Positions 19,109-30,324 of a stretch of DNA of 64,000 nucleotides are shown here, piece after piece. The notes below the pieces were generated by a model that was not told the origin of the DNA, ran no database searches, and was given only the letters and a program-made list of their open reading frames with translations. The translations under genes and the position numbers were made by a program. Position 1 is the first letter of the stretch; every line of letters begins with the position of its first letter. The stretch is from Clostridia bacterium (GTDB lineage: Bacteria > Bacillota > Clostridia > TANB77 > CAG-465). The stretch covers positions 14,663 through 78,662 of the forward strand of contig JAZUNZ010000047.1 of NCBI GenBank assembly GCA_045604405.1, given 5' to 3'.

Positions 19109-21937
19109 ATGCAAGATAAATTAATTGTAAAAGGTGCAAGAGAAAACAATCTAAAGAATATAGATTTAAAGATACCAAAAAACAGCTTAACTGTGTTTAC
19201 TGGACTATCTGGCAGCGGAAAAACTTCTCTTGCTTTTGATACTATATATGCAGAGGGACAAAGAAGATATGTTGAAAGTCTTTCTTCTTATGCAAGACAA
19301 TTTTTAGGAATAATGGAAAAACCAGATGTAGATAGTATTGATGGATTATCTCCAGCAATTTCTATAGACCAAAAGACTACATCTAAGAATCCTCGTTCTA
19401 CAGTAGGAACTGTAACAGAGATTTATGATTATCTACGTCTTCTTTATGCAAAAATTGGTGTGCCATATTGTCCAAAATGTGGTAAGAAAATAACTATGCA
19501 AACGGTTGACCAGATAGTAGATCAAATAATGGAACTAGAAGAAGGTACTAAAATTTTAGTAATGGCACCTGTGGTACGTGGTAAAAAAGGTGAGCATGCA
19601 AAAATTTTAGAAATGGCTATAAAAGAGGGATATATTAGAGCAAGAATAGATGGTACAGTCTATGATTTATCTGAAGAATTACCAGAACTTGAGAAAACAA
19701 AGTCGCATAATATAGAAATAGTTGTAGATAGAATAGTTGTATCTAAAGAGATGTACTTACGTCTTGCAGATTCGGTTGAGCTTTCTATGAAGCAAGCAAA
19801 CAATCTTGTTTTAATAAGTGTTGTGGGTGGAGAGGAAATGTTGTTTTCTGGCAATTATTCTTGTCCAGATTGTAATATTTCTATTGAAGAACTAACACCA
19901 AGAATGTTTTCATTTAATACTCCATATGGAGCATGTCCAAATTGCACTGGAGTAGGAGAACTTTTAAAAATAGATCCAGACAAAATTGTGTCAGATGAAA
20001 AGAAAAAACTATCTGATCCAACACTTTTCCATGCATGGGGAAGTAATGGTGTAGATTCAGTAACTTTAATGTATATGAGAGGGCTTTGTGAACACTATGG
20101 TATAGATATTAACATGACATTTGCAAAAGCACCTAAGGAATTTAAAGAGGTATTACTTTATGGTTCAAAAGGCGAAATTATTAAATTCAAACATGAAGCA
20201 AGAACATTTACAAGAGATTTTGAAGCGGAATTTGAAGGCGTAGTAAACATAGTTGAAAGAAGATATAGGGAAACAAAATCTATGGGCATGAAGGCTTTTT
20301 ACGAGTTATACATGAATACAATACCTTGTAAAGAATGTAATGGCGCAAGACTTAAAGACACTGTTTTATCTGTAAAGGTAGGAAAACTTAATATTTATGA
20401 GTTAACACTCCTTCCAGTAGTAGAAATTAAAGAATATATCAACAATTTACATTTAAGCCAAAAGAACCAAATTATAGCAGAACAAATTATTAAGGAACTA
20501 AACAGTAGATTAGGTTTCTTAATAGATGTAGGCCTAGATTATTTAACACTTGCTCGTAGTGCATCTACATTATCTGGTGGTGAGGCTCAAAGAATACGTC
20601 TAGCAACACAAATTGGTTCTGGTTTAACAGGAGTGCTATACATATTAGATGAACCAAGTATTGGCCTTCACCAAAGAGATAATGAAAAGCTGCTTGCTTC
20701 TCTTAAAAAGATGAGAGATTTAGGTAATACGCTAATTGTGGTTGAACATGATGAGGACACAATGAGATCCGCAGATTATATTGTAGACATAGGCCCTGGC
20801 GCTGGAGTTCATGGTGGAGAGGTTGTATTTGCAGGTACACCTGAAGAAATTATGAAGTCTCAAAAAAGTATTACAGGAAAATATTTAAGTGGCAAACTAC
20901 AAATTGAAGTGCCTAAAACAAGAAGAAGTACAGGTGGAAATAAATTAAGTATTATTAAAGCAGAACAAAACAATCTTAAAAAGGTGGATGTAGATATTCC
21001 TCTAGGTACAATTACTTGCATTACGGGTGTATCTGGCTCTGGAAAGAGCTCTCTTGTAAACGAAGTGCTGTACAAATATGCTGCTCAGAAAATAAATAAA
21101 GCAAAAGCAAATCCTGGTAAGGTTAAAGAAATTAAAGGTTTAGAGCATATAGACAAGGTTATAGACATTGACCAAACACCAATAGGTAGAACTCCAAGGT
21201 CAAATGCTGCAACATATACAGGTATGTTTGATCATATAAGAGAGTTATTTGCATCAACTAACGAGGCCAAGCTTAGAGGATATAACAAGGGAAGATTTAG
21301 TTTTAATGTTCCAGGTGGAAGATGCGAAGCCTGTTCTGGTGATGGAATAATTAAGATAGAGATGCAGTTTTTATCTGATGTGTTTGTACCTTGTGAAGTG
21401 TGCAAGGGGAAAAGATATAGTCGTGAAACACTAGAGGTTAAATATAAAGGGAAAAATATAAGTGACGTGCTGGATATGACAGTAGAAGAAGCGCTAGAGT
21501 TTTTCAAAAATGTCCTTCCAATAAAGAACAAGCTTCAAACATTATACGATGTGGGACTTGGATATATTAAGATTGGACAACCATCAACAACACTATCTGG
21601 TGGTGAAGCACAAAGGATAAAGCTTGCAACAGAGCTTTCAAAACGTTCTACAGGAAAAACGTTATATATATTAGACGAACCAAGTACTGGACTTCATACA
21701 GCAGATGTGCATAATTTAATAGGAATAATAAATAAACTGGTAGAAGGTGGAAATACAGCTGTAATAATAGAGCATAATTTGGATATTATAAAATGTGCAG
21801 ATTATATAATAGACTTAGGGCCAGAAGGTGGAAAACAGGGCGGAAGTATAGTTGTTACAGGAACACCGGAAGAAGTAGCTAAATGCAAATCTAGTTATAC
21901 AGGAAAATTCTTAAAACCATTATTAAATAATAAATAA
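19109..21937 (+). CDS. uvrA: Excinuclease ABC subunit A.
   Basis: Two ABC ATPase modules (GLSGSGKTSL; GVSGSGKSSL), zinc fingers, 942 aa. Confidence 0.97.
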   Translation: MQDKLIVKGARENNLKNIDLKIPKNSLTVFTGLSGSGKTSLAFDTIYAEGQRRYVESLSSYARQFLGIMEKPDVDSIDGLSPAISIDQKTTSKNPRSTVGTVTEIYDYLRLLYAKIGVPYCPKCGKKITMQTVDQIVDQIMELEEGTKILVMAPVVRGKKGEHAKILEMAIKEGYIRARIDGTVYDLSEELPELEKTKSHNIEIVVDRIVVSKEMYLRLADSVELSMKQANNLVLISVVGGEEMLFSGNYSCPDCNISIEELTPRMFSFNTPYGACPNCTGVGELLKIDPDKIVSDEKKKLSDPTLFHAWGSNGVDSVTLMYMRGLCEHYGIDINMTFAKAPKEFKEVLLYGSKGEIIKFKHEARTFTRDFEAEFEGVVNIVERRYRETKSMGMKAFYELYMNTIPCKECNGARLKDTVLSVKVGKLNIYELTLLPVVEIKEYINNLHLSQKNQIIAEQIIKELNSRLGFLIDVGLDYLTLARSASTLSGGEAQRIRLATQIGSGLTGVLYILDEPSIGLHQRDNEKLLASLKKMRDLGNTLIVVEHDEDTMRSADYIVDIGPGAGVHGGEVVFAGTPEEIMKSQKSITGKYLSGKLQIEVPKTRRSTGGNKLSIIKAEQNNLKKVDVDIPLGTITCITGVSGSGKSSLVNEVLYKYAAQKINKAKANPGKVKEIKGLEHIDKVIDIDQTPIGRTPRSNAATYTGMFDHIRELFASTNEAKLRGYNKGRFSFNVPGGRCEACSGDGIIKIEMQFLSDVFVPCEVCKGKRYSRETLEVKYKGKNISDVLDMTVEEALEFFKNVLPIKNKLQTLYDVGLGYIKIGQPSTTLSGGEAQRIKLATELSKRSTGKTLYILDEPSTGLHTADVHNLIGIINKLVEGGNTAVIIEHNLDIIKCADYIIDLGPEGGKQGGSIVVTGTPEEVAKCKSSYTGKFLKPLLNNK

Positions 21938-22051
21938 ATATAAATGAAATAAATACAAGCTTAAAATATGTTTGTATTTATTTTTTCTTGACACAAGTGG
22001 TATAATTAGTAAAAAGATTTTAAACCTTAAAATAATTTGGAGGGTAAGGGT

Positions 22052-22732
22052 ATGAAGCACATATTTATTGTAAGACATGGTCAAAGTGAACTTAATGCAA
22101 ACGTAAGAGGATTACTTTCTCCTGAAGAAAAATATGTAATTGATTGTAAATTTGGATTGACGGATTTGGGAAAAGAGCAAGCATATAAAGCGGGAGAAAA
22201 AATAGCAAATCTTACAAATGATCTTGGATTTTATATGTATGTAAGTCCCTATGAAAGAACAAGACAAACGGCAGAAAATCTTAAAGAGTCATTAGCAAAC
22301 AAGGAAAAAATAATAATTAGACAAATTGAAGACCCAAGATTGGTTGAACAGGATTTTGGCGATTTTGATTTGCAATATATGGCTAAGTGGCCTGAAATTT
22401 CACCTCATTCATACAAAATAAACCAAGCGAAATACACCGATCCTACAGGAAGATTCTTTGCACGTCTCGAGAATGGCGAAAATTTGCTGGATGTATACAA
22501 TAGAGTATCTCTTTTTGCTACAACAAGACTTGAAAGAGATATGAACAATTCTTCTGTTCAAAATTATATAATTGTGACACATGCAAATACTATGAGGGTA
22601 TTAAAGATGTTTCTACTAGGCATGCCTATAGAGTCTTTTGTGGAAATGAAGCTCCCACAAAATGCTGGTGGCTTCCACATAGGATATTCAAAAAACAATT
22701 TAGTAGAGTACACCTTACTAGACGAGTTTTAA
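22052..22732 (+). CDS. Histidine phosphatase (phosphoglycerate mutase) family protein.
   Basis: IVRHGQSELN RHG motif. A terminator follows at 22740-22775. Confidence 0.8.
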   Translation: MKHIFIVRHGQSELNANVRGLLSPEEKYVIDCKFGLTDLGKEQAYKAGEKIANLTNDLGFYMYVSPYERTRQTAENLKESLANKEKIIIRQIEDPRLVEQDFGDFDLQYMAKWPEISPHSYKINQAKYTDPTGRFFARLENGENLLDVYNRVSLFATTRLERDMNNSSVQNYIIVTHANTMRVLKMFLLGMPIESFVEMKLPQNAGGFHIGYSKNNLVEYTLLDEF

Positions 22733-22825
22733 CAAGACAAAACGGATTAGAGATAATTTCTAATCCGTTTTTCTTGTAACAAAGCAATATTTATGGTAAA
22801 ATATTAGTTGTAGGGAGGTTTTGTT

Positions 22826-24007
22826 ATGGCAAAGGAAATGGTGTACTTTAATGCAACAAAACAAATAGAGACAATAACTGTGCATTATAACGAAAAATTA
22901 GATGGCAGTTTTGTAGATGATGTGAGTAGAAATATAAAAGAAATAGCAAAGAAAATGAGCAAAGTGGATTTGAAAAATCCTAAAGAGTTTGAAGCTATAC
23001 AAGTATTTGTATACCCAAGCAAACAGTTATTTTACAAAGTGTTTGCTGGTGAGATAGAAAAACGTTTTTATAGTAGAAGACGTTCTTTAGAAGATTTATA
23101 TGTTGTAAGAGATTCAGAAGGACATATACATATAGTTTCTCCAAGAGGAATGAATATGGAAAAAAGAGATGCTTTCAAAAAGATTTTGGTTATGAAGGTG
23201 CTTGGCGAATACATGGACGAAAAACAAAAACAAAGTGCTGAAAGACTACTTAAAGAAGCAATGAAGCCTAAACAAAAAAAGGAAGAAGAACAGGAAATAG
23301 AAGAAGAGCAAGAAGAACTGGAAGAAGAGATAGAAGAGATAGAAGAACTAGAAGATGAAGAATTAGAGGCCCTTGAAGAAGAATTAGAAGCCGAACAAGA
23401 AGAGGAAGAATTATCTGAAGAAGAACTTGATGAAATTATTGAAACTGAACAAGCAATAGAACAAATAGATGACGAACAATTAGAAGATGAACCAAAACAA
23501 GACAAGGAAGATGAGAAGGCAAAAAAAGAATCAAGTAATGACGAGCCTAGACAATGGCTAAATATAGGTTGGCTTGCATATGTTAGAGGTAGACTTAAAA
23601 AGGAAAAAGATGTAAAAAGATTTGCAGACAATATATCTAAAAAGGGAGTTAAGAAATTAAGTAAATTATCTAAAACAAAACTGTTTGAAGATTACAATTA
23701 TTCTGAAGAATATGCTTGTGCTATGGTAGAGTATGTAGTCGAAACATATGGTATGAAGAAATTTACTGAGTTTTATGAAAACCCAAAAGATATAAAGGGA
23801 GTATTTGGAATATCTAAGTTTGTTTTCGAAAGTCAAATGAAGGCATTTATATATAGCAGATATACATATAAAGAAATGAAAATGGAAATGGATCAAAAGG
23901 ATGTTAAAGAAATAACTGAGATACATTTTGCAAGTGGTGGAGCAGATATAACTACAGATAAGGAATTATCTCAAAAAGAGCAATCAGAAATTAAAGAAAA
24001 AATATAA
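22826..24007 (+). CDS. Hypothetical protein with a long Glu-rich acidic linker.
   Basis: 393 aa. The central EEEQEIEEEQEELEEEIEE stretch is low-complexity. Confidence 0.5.
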   Translation: MAKEMVYFNATKQIETITVHYNEKLDGSFVDDVSRNIKEIAKKMSKVDLKNPKEFEAIQVFVYPSKQLFYKVFAGEIEKRFYSRRRSLEDLYVVRDSEGHIHIVSPRGMNMEKRDAFKKILVMKVLGEYMDEKQKQSAERLLKEAMKPKQKKEEEQEIEEEQEELEEEIEEIEELEDEELEALEEELEAEQEEEELSEEELDEIIETEQAIEQIDDEQLEDEPKQDKEDEKAKKESSNDEPRQWLNIGWLAYVRGRLKKEKDVKRFADNISKKGVKKLSKLSKTKLFEDYNYSEEYACAMVEYVVETYGMKKFTEFYENPKDIKGVFGISKFVFESQMKAFIYSRYTYKEMKMEMDQKDVKEITEIHFASGGADITTDKELSQKEQSEIKEKI

Positions 24008-24072
24008 TTTAAAGCGCGAGGAGATACCTCGTGCTTTCTAGACAAATTTTAAAAAATATGGTACAATATTAT

Positions 24073-24404
24073 AGCAAGTATTTCTGGCAGTCGCGCAAAG
24101 TATATTTGTGAGGAAAGTCCGGGCACCTCAAGGTAGTAATGGTAGATAACGTCTACTGGGAGTAATCCTAAGGAAAGTGCAACAGAAAATAACCGCCGAA
24201 AGGTAAGGGTGAAAAAGTGAGGTAAGAGCTCACTAGCATTTATGGTGACATAGAAGCTTTGTGTAAACCCCATTTGGTGCAACACTGATAAAGAAGGTTA
24301 AGGGTACCTTGCCGTCTTCTTGAAAAGTGGCTTGAGATATATAGCAATATATATCCTAGATTAATGACTGTCTAAAACAGAACCCGGCTTATGAAATGCT
24401 TGCT
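24073..24404 (+). ncRNA. rnpB: RNase P RNA (rnpB).
   Basis: GAGGAAAGTCCGGGC (P4 5' strand) and ACAGAACCCGGCTTA (P4 3' strand). P1 pairing is AGCAAGTATTTC / GAAATGCTTGCT. A T-run follows. Confidence 0.9.
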
Positions 24405-24470
24405 TTTTTTATATATAAGTGATAGAATACTAAAAATAAAATTAAGCAATATTTTAATAGATATGCGGGG

Positions 24471-24830
24471 GTGTTATACATGGAAAAAAGAAATAAAAAA
24501 ATGGAACTTATAACAACTATGTGGGCACCACTAGCTTTAGAGTATTCTAAATTCCTTAACCGGTACAAGCTAGAGACAATCTGCATAGTAAGAGGAAGAA
24601 CAACATTAGGATATGATATATCTATCTTTGCAGATGGTGACGCATATTGGAAACTTTCTCAGACTAATAACCAGTTTAATAAAGAAGAGGACCAAATCAC
24701 AGAGTTGTTAGCGACTATAAAAGATCTTACAGGAATGATTTATCTTTTCAGTATGGAGGATGAATGGGACTGTGATGACGAAGAAGACTATGAGCTTGAT
24801 TATATGATTTCAGATGATGAAGAAGATTAA
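24471..24830 (+). CDS. Hypothetical small acidic protein.
   Basis: 119-aa ORF with a D/E-rich C-terminus. A terminator follows at 24838-24870. Confidence 0.45.
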   Translation: MLYMEKRNKKMELITTMWAPLALEYSKFLNRYKLETICIVRGRTTLGYDISIFADGDAYWKLSQTNNQFNKEEDQITELLATIKDLTGMIYLFSMEDEWDCDDEEDYELDYMISDDEED

Positions 24831-24928
24831 GCTAAAAACAGAGGACATATGTCCTCTGTTTTGCTATTAGAACATTTGCCAAGCGGGGTATTGTAAAAAA
24901 AACAAGATTGTAGTACAATATACAAGAG

Positions 24929-27466
24929 GTGATAGCGTTGCCTAATCAAGAAGAAGAAAAAAATAAAAAGAAAATAAAATTAAAAAGAGCAAAACTAAAT
25001 AAAAAAGAGTCTGAAAAAATAAAAGACTCAGAAAATAAGAAACCTAAAAAGAAGGGAAGATTAAAAAAGGTATTTAAGATATTGTTTTTTGTTTTCCTAG
25101 CTTTAGGCGTAGTTGGTGTGGGAATAGTACTAGGAGTGCTTAACAAGGTAATAAGTACTACTGAACAAATAGATTTGGCTCAACTAAAAAACTTAAAGTT
25201 AACTTCCATAGTTTTAGATAAAGATGGAAAGCAAATAGGTCAGATGAGTTCTGGTGAAAACAGATTAATAATAGATTATGAGGAGTTACCAAAGAGTCTA
25301 ATTGATGCGGTAGTTGCAATTGAGGATGAAAGATTCTGGACTCATCAAGGAATAGATATTAGAAGAACAGGAGCTGCCATAGTTACTTATGTATTAAACA
25401 GAGGGAATTCTTCATTTGGTGGAAGTACAATTACGCAACAGTTAATAAAGAACGTAACAGAGGACAACGAAACTAGCTGGAAAAGAAAGATTAGAGAATG
25501 GTATAGAGCTTATTCTTTAGAGCAAGAACTAGAAAAACCTGAAATATTGGAAGCATATTTAAATAAAATATATTTCGGTGAGGGAGCTAACGGAGTAGAG
25601 GTTGCTGCCGAAACGTACTTTGCAAAGAGCGCAAAAGATTTAAACCTTGCTGAAAGTGCCTGCCTTGCTGCAGCTATACAACTTCCAGAAGTAACAAATC
25701 CATATAATGGTGAAGAAGCAGAGGCAAGACTTAAAGAAAGACAAAAAATAGTATTAAACAAAATGCTAGAGTTAGGAAATATAACTCAAGAAGAATACGA
25801 TGAAGCTATAGCTTATGAACTTGTATTTAAAAAGGGTGAAATAGCTGTAAGTTCAGCAGTACAATCTTATGCAGTAGACGCTATATTTGAGATGGTAGCA
25901 AAGGATTTGGCTACAGCTAAAAACATAACATATGCAGCAGCTTATGATATGGTTGCATCTAATGGATATGTTATACATGCTACAATAGATTCTGATGTTC
26001 AAGCGTCAATAGATAAACAAGCAACAAACTCAAAATATTTCTATAAAGATAAAGACGGAGATATGATGCAATGTGCCGCTATTGTTATAGATAATAAAAC
26101 AGGTAATGTAGTAGGACTTTTAGGAGGAGTTGGAGAAAAGAAAGGTTTAGACTTTAACAGAGCAATTGATGCTAAACTTCAACCTGGTTCTACATTTAAA
26201 CCAATTGCAGCATATGGTCCTGCGTTTGAATTAGGAGTGTCTTATCCTGGAATGGGTATAGATGATGTCCCTATAAATATAAACGGATATAAACCAACAA
26301 ACTGGTATGGATACTATTATGGTTATGTTACTGCAAGATATGCTTTAGAACAATCAATGAATATACCAGCCGTAAAAACATTAGATGCTGCAGGATTAGA
26401 CTATGCCTTTAGATTTGCTAAAAATGTAGGGATAACTACTTTAACAAATACAAATAAAAACTTGTCAATGGCATTAGGGTCAGCAAACGTTAAAGTTATA
26501 GACATGGCAGCAGCTTATGCTACTATGGCAAATGGGGGAATATATACAGAGCCTAAACTATATACAAAAGTAGAAGATAGTGACGGCAATGAGATTCTTT
26601 CAACAGTAAATAAGAAAGCAACTAGAGTGATGAGTGCCACAACTGCATATATGCTTACAGATTGCTTAAGATCAGTTGTAAATAATGGAACTGGAAATTA
26701 TGCAAAATTCTCAAGCAACATACAAATTGCAGGAAAAACAGGAAACACAAATGATGATAAAGACCAATGGTTTGCAGGATATACACCATATTATACAATG
26801 GTAGTATGGAATGGTTATGATGATCCAGAAACAATAGGTACTAGAAAAGGTATAGGCTCATATCCATATACTGCAACGGTTGTATTTACAAACGTAATGA
26901 AAACTATACATAAAGGACTTAAGAAAGCGTCATTTACAAAACCAAGTGGTATAGTTAATGCAACAATATGTACAGTTTCAGGACTTGTTGCTACAGATGC
27001 ATGTAAAGCAGATACAAGATCAGTAGTAAAATCTGAGATATTCGCATCAGGAAAAATACCTACAGAGAAATGTACGGTACATAAACTGGTAGAAGTTTGT
27101 AGTGTGTCAGGAAAATTGCCTACAGATTATTGCCATATGTACGAGGATTTAAAAGAAATATCTGTAATAACTAGGAGTAAAGAAGCTAAAACTAGTGATT
27201 CAAAATACTTGATGCCTAAGGAAACTTGTGAATTACATATAACAGAGCCGGTGCCGGAAGTGCCTGAGGTGCCAGTAGAACCAGTGGTGCCAGAAACGCC
27301 TGTTGATCCAAACGCTCCATCAACTGAAGTGGAGACTCCAACAGAGCCAACAACTCCACCGGCGGACACACAAACACCAGAAGCTCCAATAACGCCGGAA
27401 ACGCCAACAACGCCGGAAACGCCATCTACAGGTGATACGGGTGTAGGCGAAAATATTTATCAATAA
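24929..27466 (+). CDS. Class A penicillin-binding protein (glycosyltransferase plus transpeptidase) with a Pro/Thr-rich C-terminal tail.
   Basis: GT51 motif EDERFWTHQGID, transpeptidase STFKP (SxxK), an N-terminal TM segment, and a PEVPEVPVEP..TPETP tail. Confidence 0.93.
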   Translation: MIALPNQEEEKNKKKIKLKRAKLNKKESEKIKDSENKKPKKKGRLKKVFKILFFVFLALGVVGVGIVLGVLNKVISTTEQIDLAQLKNLKLTSIVLDKDGKQIGQMSSGENRLIIDYEELPKSLIDAVVAIEDERFWTHQGIDIRRTGAAIVTYVLNRGNSSFGGSTITQQLIKNVTEDNETSWKRKIREWYRAYSLEQELEKPEILEAYLNKIYFGEGANGVEVAAETYFAKSAKDLNLAESACLAAAIQLPEVTNPYNGEEAEARLKERQKIVLNKMLELGNITQEEYDEAIAYELVFKKGEIAVSSAVQSYAVDAIFEMVAKDLATAKNITYAAAYDMVASNGYVIHATIDSDVQASIDKQATNSKYFYKDKDGDMMQCAAIVIDNKTGNVVGLLGGVGEKKGLDFNRAIDAKLQPGSTFKPIAAYGPAFELGVSYPGMGIDDVPININGYKPTNWYGYYYGYVTARYALEQSMNIPAVKTLDAAGLDYAFRFAKNVGITTLTNTNKNLSMALGSANVKVIDMAAAYATMANGGIYTEPKLYTKVEDSDGNEILSTVNKKATRVMSATTAYMLTDCLRSVVNNGTGNYAKFSSNIQIAGKTGNTNDDKDQWFAGYTPYYTMVVWNGYDDPETIGTRKGIGSYPYTATVVFTNVMKTIHKGLKKASFTKPSGIVNATICTVSGLVATDACKADTRSVVKSEIFASGKIPTEKCTVHKLVEVCSVSGKLPTDYCHMYEDLKEISVITRSKEAKTSDSKYLMPKETCELHITEPVPEVPEVPVEPVVPETPVDPNAPSTEVETPTEPTTPPADTQTPEAPITPETPTTPETPSTGDTGVGENIYQ

Positions 27467-27495
27467 TAACAAAAATAGGTAAAGTGGATAAGACT

Positions 27496-28053
27496 TTACC
27501 TGTTTTTTATTGTAAAAAGTTCTTTAAACCAATCTATAATACCAAAACGATATTGTATATTGCACTTTGTGGAATCTTCTTCAGAAAAATTATCAATGCT
27601 AGAAGGATATATTAAAGACCACCAATTATTACCATTACCATTTCCTATTATTATTTTAAGAGAATCGTATATTCCAGAAGACATGTAGATATCATCTTTT
27701 TGTTTTTCATCATATTCAAGGTTGCCAATATATGCTTTTAAATCATAATTATAGCCTTGTTGAACCAAAATATCATTAGCAAGTGCTAAAATGTTTTGTA
27801 CGTTATGCTCAATTATCTTTTTACATTCTTCTTTTGAAACACAATTTAAAGTAAGCTCGGATATATATTCTTCAACTTCCTTAGATACCTGGTATTTTAG
27901 TAATTGATCGTCTATGCTATCACTATTTGCAACAACATGAATTCTAAAGAAACTTGCAATGTTATTATTGTTTTTGGCTGTAGCAAAAACAATAGTTATA
28001 TTCAATAAAATTAATGAAATAATAAATATAATAAAACTTTTTTTTAACCTCAT
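27496..28053 (-). CDS. spoIIR: Stage II sporulation protein R.
   Basis: Signal peptide followed by FRIHVVANSDSIDDQLLKYQVSKEV, the SpoIIR signature. Confidence 0.8.
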   Translation of the reverse strand: MRLKKSFIIFIISLILLNITIVFATAKNNNNIASFFRIHVVANSDSIDDQLLKYQVSKEVEEYISELTLNCVSKEECKKIIEHNVQNILALANDILVQQGYNYDLKAYIGNLEYDEKQKDDIYMSSGIYDSLKIIIGNGNGNNWWSLIYPSSIDNFSEEDSTKCNIQYRFGIIDWFKELFTIKNR

Positions 28054-28170
28054 AATATCACCTAAAAATATATTGTGCATATTTTCCAAAATTATACAAA
28101 AGTGTATAAAAATCTTCGTTGACTGTGTTGGAAATAAATGGTAATATTTAAGTGTAATTTAGGAGGTCAT

Positions 28171-28599
28171 ATGAGTAAGTGTAAATTATGTTGTTTTACA
28201 GTAAATACAACGCATGCGTGTATAATTGCTAATAATTATATAGTTAATAATTTAGAAAATGTAAAAGTTATATATATAAATGAAAAAGATGAAACTAAAA
28301 AAGTTAAGAATATAATTTCTAGGTTTTATAAAAGTATGGAGGAGAAGATGTACTATAGCCAATGGCTTAATGAATCTATTCTTAATGATTATGAAGCAGA
28401 AGAGTTTGTATTTGTTGTGCATGGCAAGGAAAAATTTATAACCAATGTAAACAAGTTTTTGGAAATAAATAATTTTAGAGGATATATAATAGATTGTTAT
28501 GATATATGTGAAATAAAAAGTAGTGTAGAAGATGTTATAAAACAGCACGATTACTATATGAATACGACAGGTATAGTAGAAACATTAGATAGAATGTAG
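28171..28599 (+). CDS. Hypothetical protein.
   Basis: AGGAGG RBS before ATG 28171. No motif recognised. Confidence 0.4.
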   Translation: MSKCKLCCFTVNTTHACIIANNYIVNNLENVKVIYINEKDETKKVKNIISRFYKSMEEKMYYSQWLNESILNDYEAEEFVFVVHGKEKFITNVNKFLEINNFRGYIIDCYDICEIKSSVEDVIKQHDYYMNTTGIVETLDRM

Positions 28600-28643
28600 C
28601 AAAAAACAACCAAATGTTGATATATAAACATTTGGTTGTTTTA

Positions 28644-29414
28644 TTATTTTTCCTTATTTATTTCTTTATTTATTCTATCTTTCTTTATTTCTTTGTTATT
28701 TTGAGAGATATCCCAGCCATCTATATGAGATCTTTTTATAGCGCCAAAGATATGTTCTTTTACTCTAGGAATATCTTTTTTTAGATTATGTATTAAATCA
28801 GACATATAGTCTCGTTTAGTGAAGCCATCGGCCGGACAACACTTATTCATTACAGGGAAATCTTTTTCTTTTGCAACACCTCTAATTAATTTTTCTTCTA
28901 CATAAATCATAGGTCGTATTGTTTTAACATTGCTTCTACTAAGATATGTAACAGGAGCAAAGGTATGTATTCTTCCATTAAGAAGTACTGACATTAAAAA
29001 TGTTTCCATTACATCGTCCATATGATGCCCTAAAGCGATTTTATTACATCCATGTTCAACTGCTAGACTATTAAGCATTCCTCTACGCATGTTTGCACAT
29101 AGTGAACAAGGATTTTCTTCTTTACGTATTTTAAATACAACATCAGATATGTTAGAGTTATATACTAAATATTCAATACCTAGTTCATTACATAATTTTT
29201 CAAGCTCTGTAGTGTCAAAAGATTCGCTACCGGGATGAATAGTTATTGCCATTATTTCAAAATGGTTTCTATAGAATTTTTGTAAGTAATGTAGAGCATA
29301 TAAAAGAGTGATACTATCCTTACCACCAGAAAGACCAACGGCGATTTTATCTCCGTCTTCAATCATATTAAAATCTTCAATGGCTCTTTTTGTTTTACCA
29401 ATTATTTTTTGTAA
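28644..29414 (-). CDS. ttcA: tRNA 2-thiocytidine(32) synthetase TtcA-like PP-loop ATPase.
   Basis: SGGKDS PP-loop and CxxC pairs (CSLCANMRRG; CCPADG). The start is taken at the internal Met, because the upstream part of the ORF is AT-rich junk. Confidence 0.8.
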   Translation of the reverse strand, partial: LQKIIGKTKRAIEDFNMIEDGDKIAVGLSGGKDSITLLYALHYLQKFYRNHFEIMAITIHPGSESFDTTELEKLCNELGIEYLVYNSNISDVVFKIRKEENPCSLCANMRRGMLNSLAVEHGCNKIALGHHMDDVMETFLMSVLLNGRIHTFAPVTYLSRSNVKTIRPMIYVEEKLIRGVAKEKDFPVMNKCCPADGFTKRDYMSDLIHNLKKDIPRVKEHIFGAIKRSHIDGWDISQNNKEIKKDRINKEINKEK

Positions 29415-29573
29415 CATAAAAAACACCCAATAAGTATTATATGAAAAAAATAAGTGTTTGTCAAATAAAAAGGGTAAAATTGGCCAAAAAGATTGACATA
29501 ATATTACAAAGGTGTTAAAATATATATTGTACACTAATTTAAAAAAATTAAACTATAATTAGGAGAATAAAGT

Positions 29574-30296
29574 ATGGAGGCAATAATTAAAATTAGACGG
29601 TTTTTTAAAAAAAACTATGGAATTGTTGAACTGTGGGAAACATCTGCAATATGTACTTGGCCCGAGGTCTTTATAGAAAGGGTTTTGTCCAAAAAGGTAC
29701 ATGTTATAGTAGCTGAAGGAACTATCCACGAATTAAGCGCAGGACGGCATCATCATGAAGTATGTAGAAAGCTGTACTACTTTATAATGGACGCAAAGAA
29801 AACTGGACTTATTATAATAGATGTTCCAAAGACTGAAATGATGGCAATGCCAATTGACGACCAGATAGTAATTGGAGCATATGAGCGCTACAGAAAGGGT
29901 TATAACATAACTCTTGTCACATGTGATGTTGATCAAGCAAGCAAAGCAGAGAACAGGGGAGTAAATGTACAACTTCTCAAAGGCAACAAAGAGCAGCAAT
30001 CTTCAAAAATTTTAAAACCTAAACAAACCACAATTAAAAAGGAGGAAGACAAGCCTAAAAAAATTGAAGAAGTAGATGGCGAACTTGTAATTCCTTGTAT
30101 TACCAAGGGAAATGTTATCTACATAAATGTAAGACAGGGTGTAATTGTTTATGATGCTAAGGGCAAAAGAAAGATTGGTAGAGACAATCTTATTGCCGTG
30201 TCAATAATGGACATACTTGTATATAGAGAACAGAAATACATGATTCAGTCAACAACTGATACGTACATCAATCTCAAAAGAATTGATAGTACTTAA
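29574..30296 (+). CDS. PIN-domain protein with a TRAM-like C-terminus (YacL-like).
   Basis: PIN acidic residues (LIIIDVP.., VTCDVDQASKAENRGV), then a small beta-rich C-terminal domain. Confidence 0.5.
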   Translation: MEAIIKIRRFFKKNYGIVELWETSAICTWPEVFIERVLSKKVHVIVAEGTIHELSAGRHHHEVCRKLYYFIMDAKKTGLIIIDVPKTEMMAMPIDDQIVIGAYERYRKGYNITLVTCDVDQASKAENRGVNVQLLKGNKEQQSSKILKPKQTTIKKEEDKPKKIEEVDGELVIPCITKGNVIYINVRQGVIVYDAKGKRKIGRDNLIAVSIMDILVYREQKYMIQSTTDTYINLKRIDST

Positions 30297-30324
30297 AAAA
30301 TAATAAGCGGAAAATTTCCGCTTA

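Noticed and set aside
23068-23631. 187-aa minus-strand ORF rich in Ser/Cys.
   Set aside because: It lies entirely antisense to the Glu-rich linker (GAA/GAG repeats) of the 22826-24007 gene. It is an antisense artefact of low-complexity coding sequence.
24049-24285. 78-aa minus-strand ORF.
   Set aside because: It overlaps the RNase P RNA gene and is not coding.
29415-29534. N-terminal 40-aa extension of the ttcA ORF (MYNIYFNTFVILCQ..).
   Set aside because: It is AT-rich, non-conserved, hydrophobic junk upstream of the conserved PP-loop start, so the internal Met was preferred.
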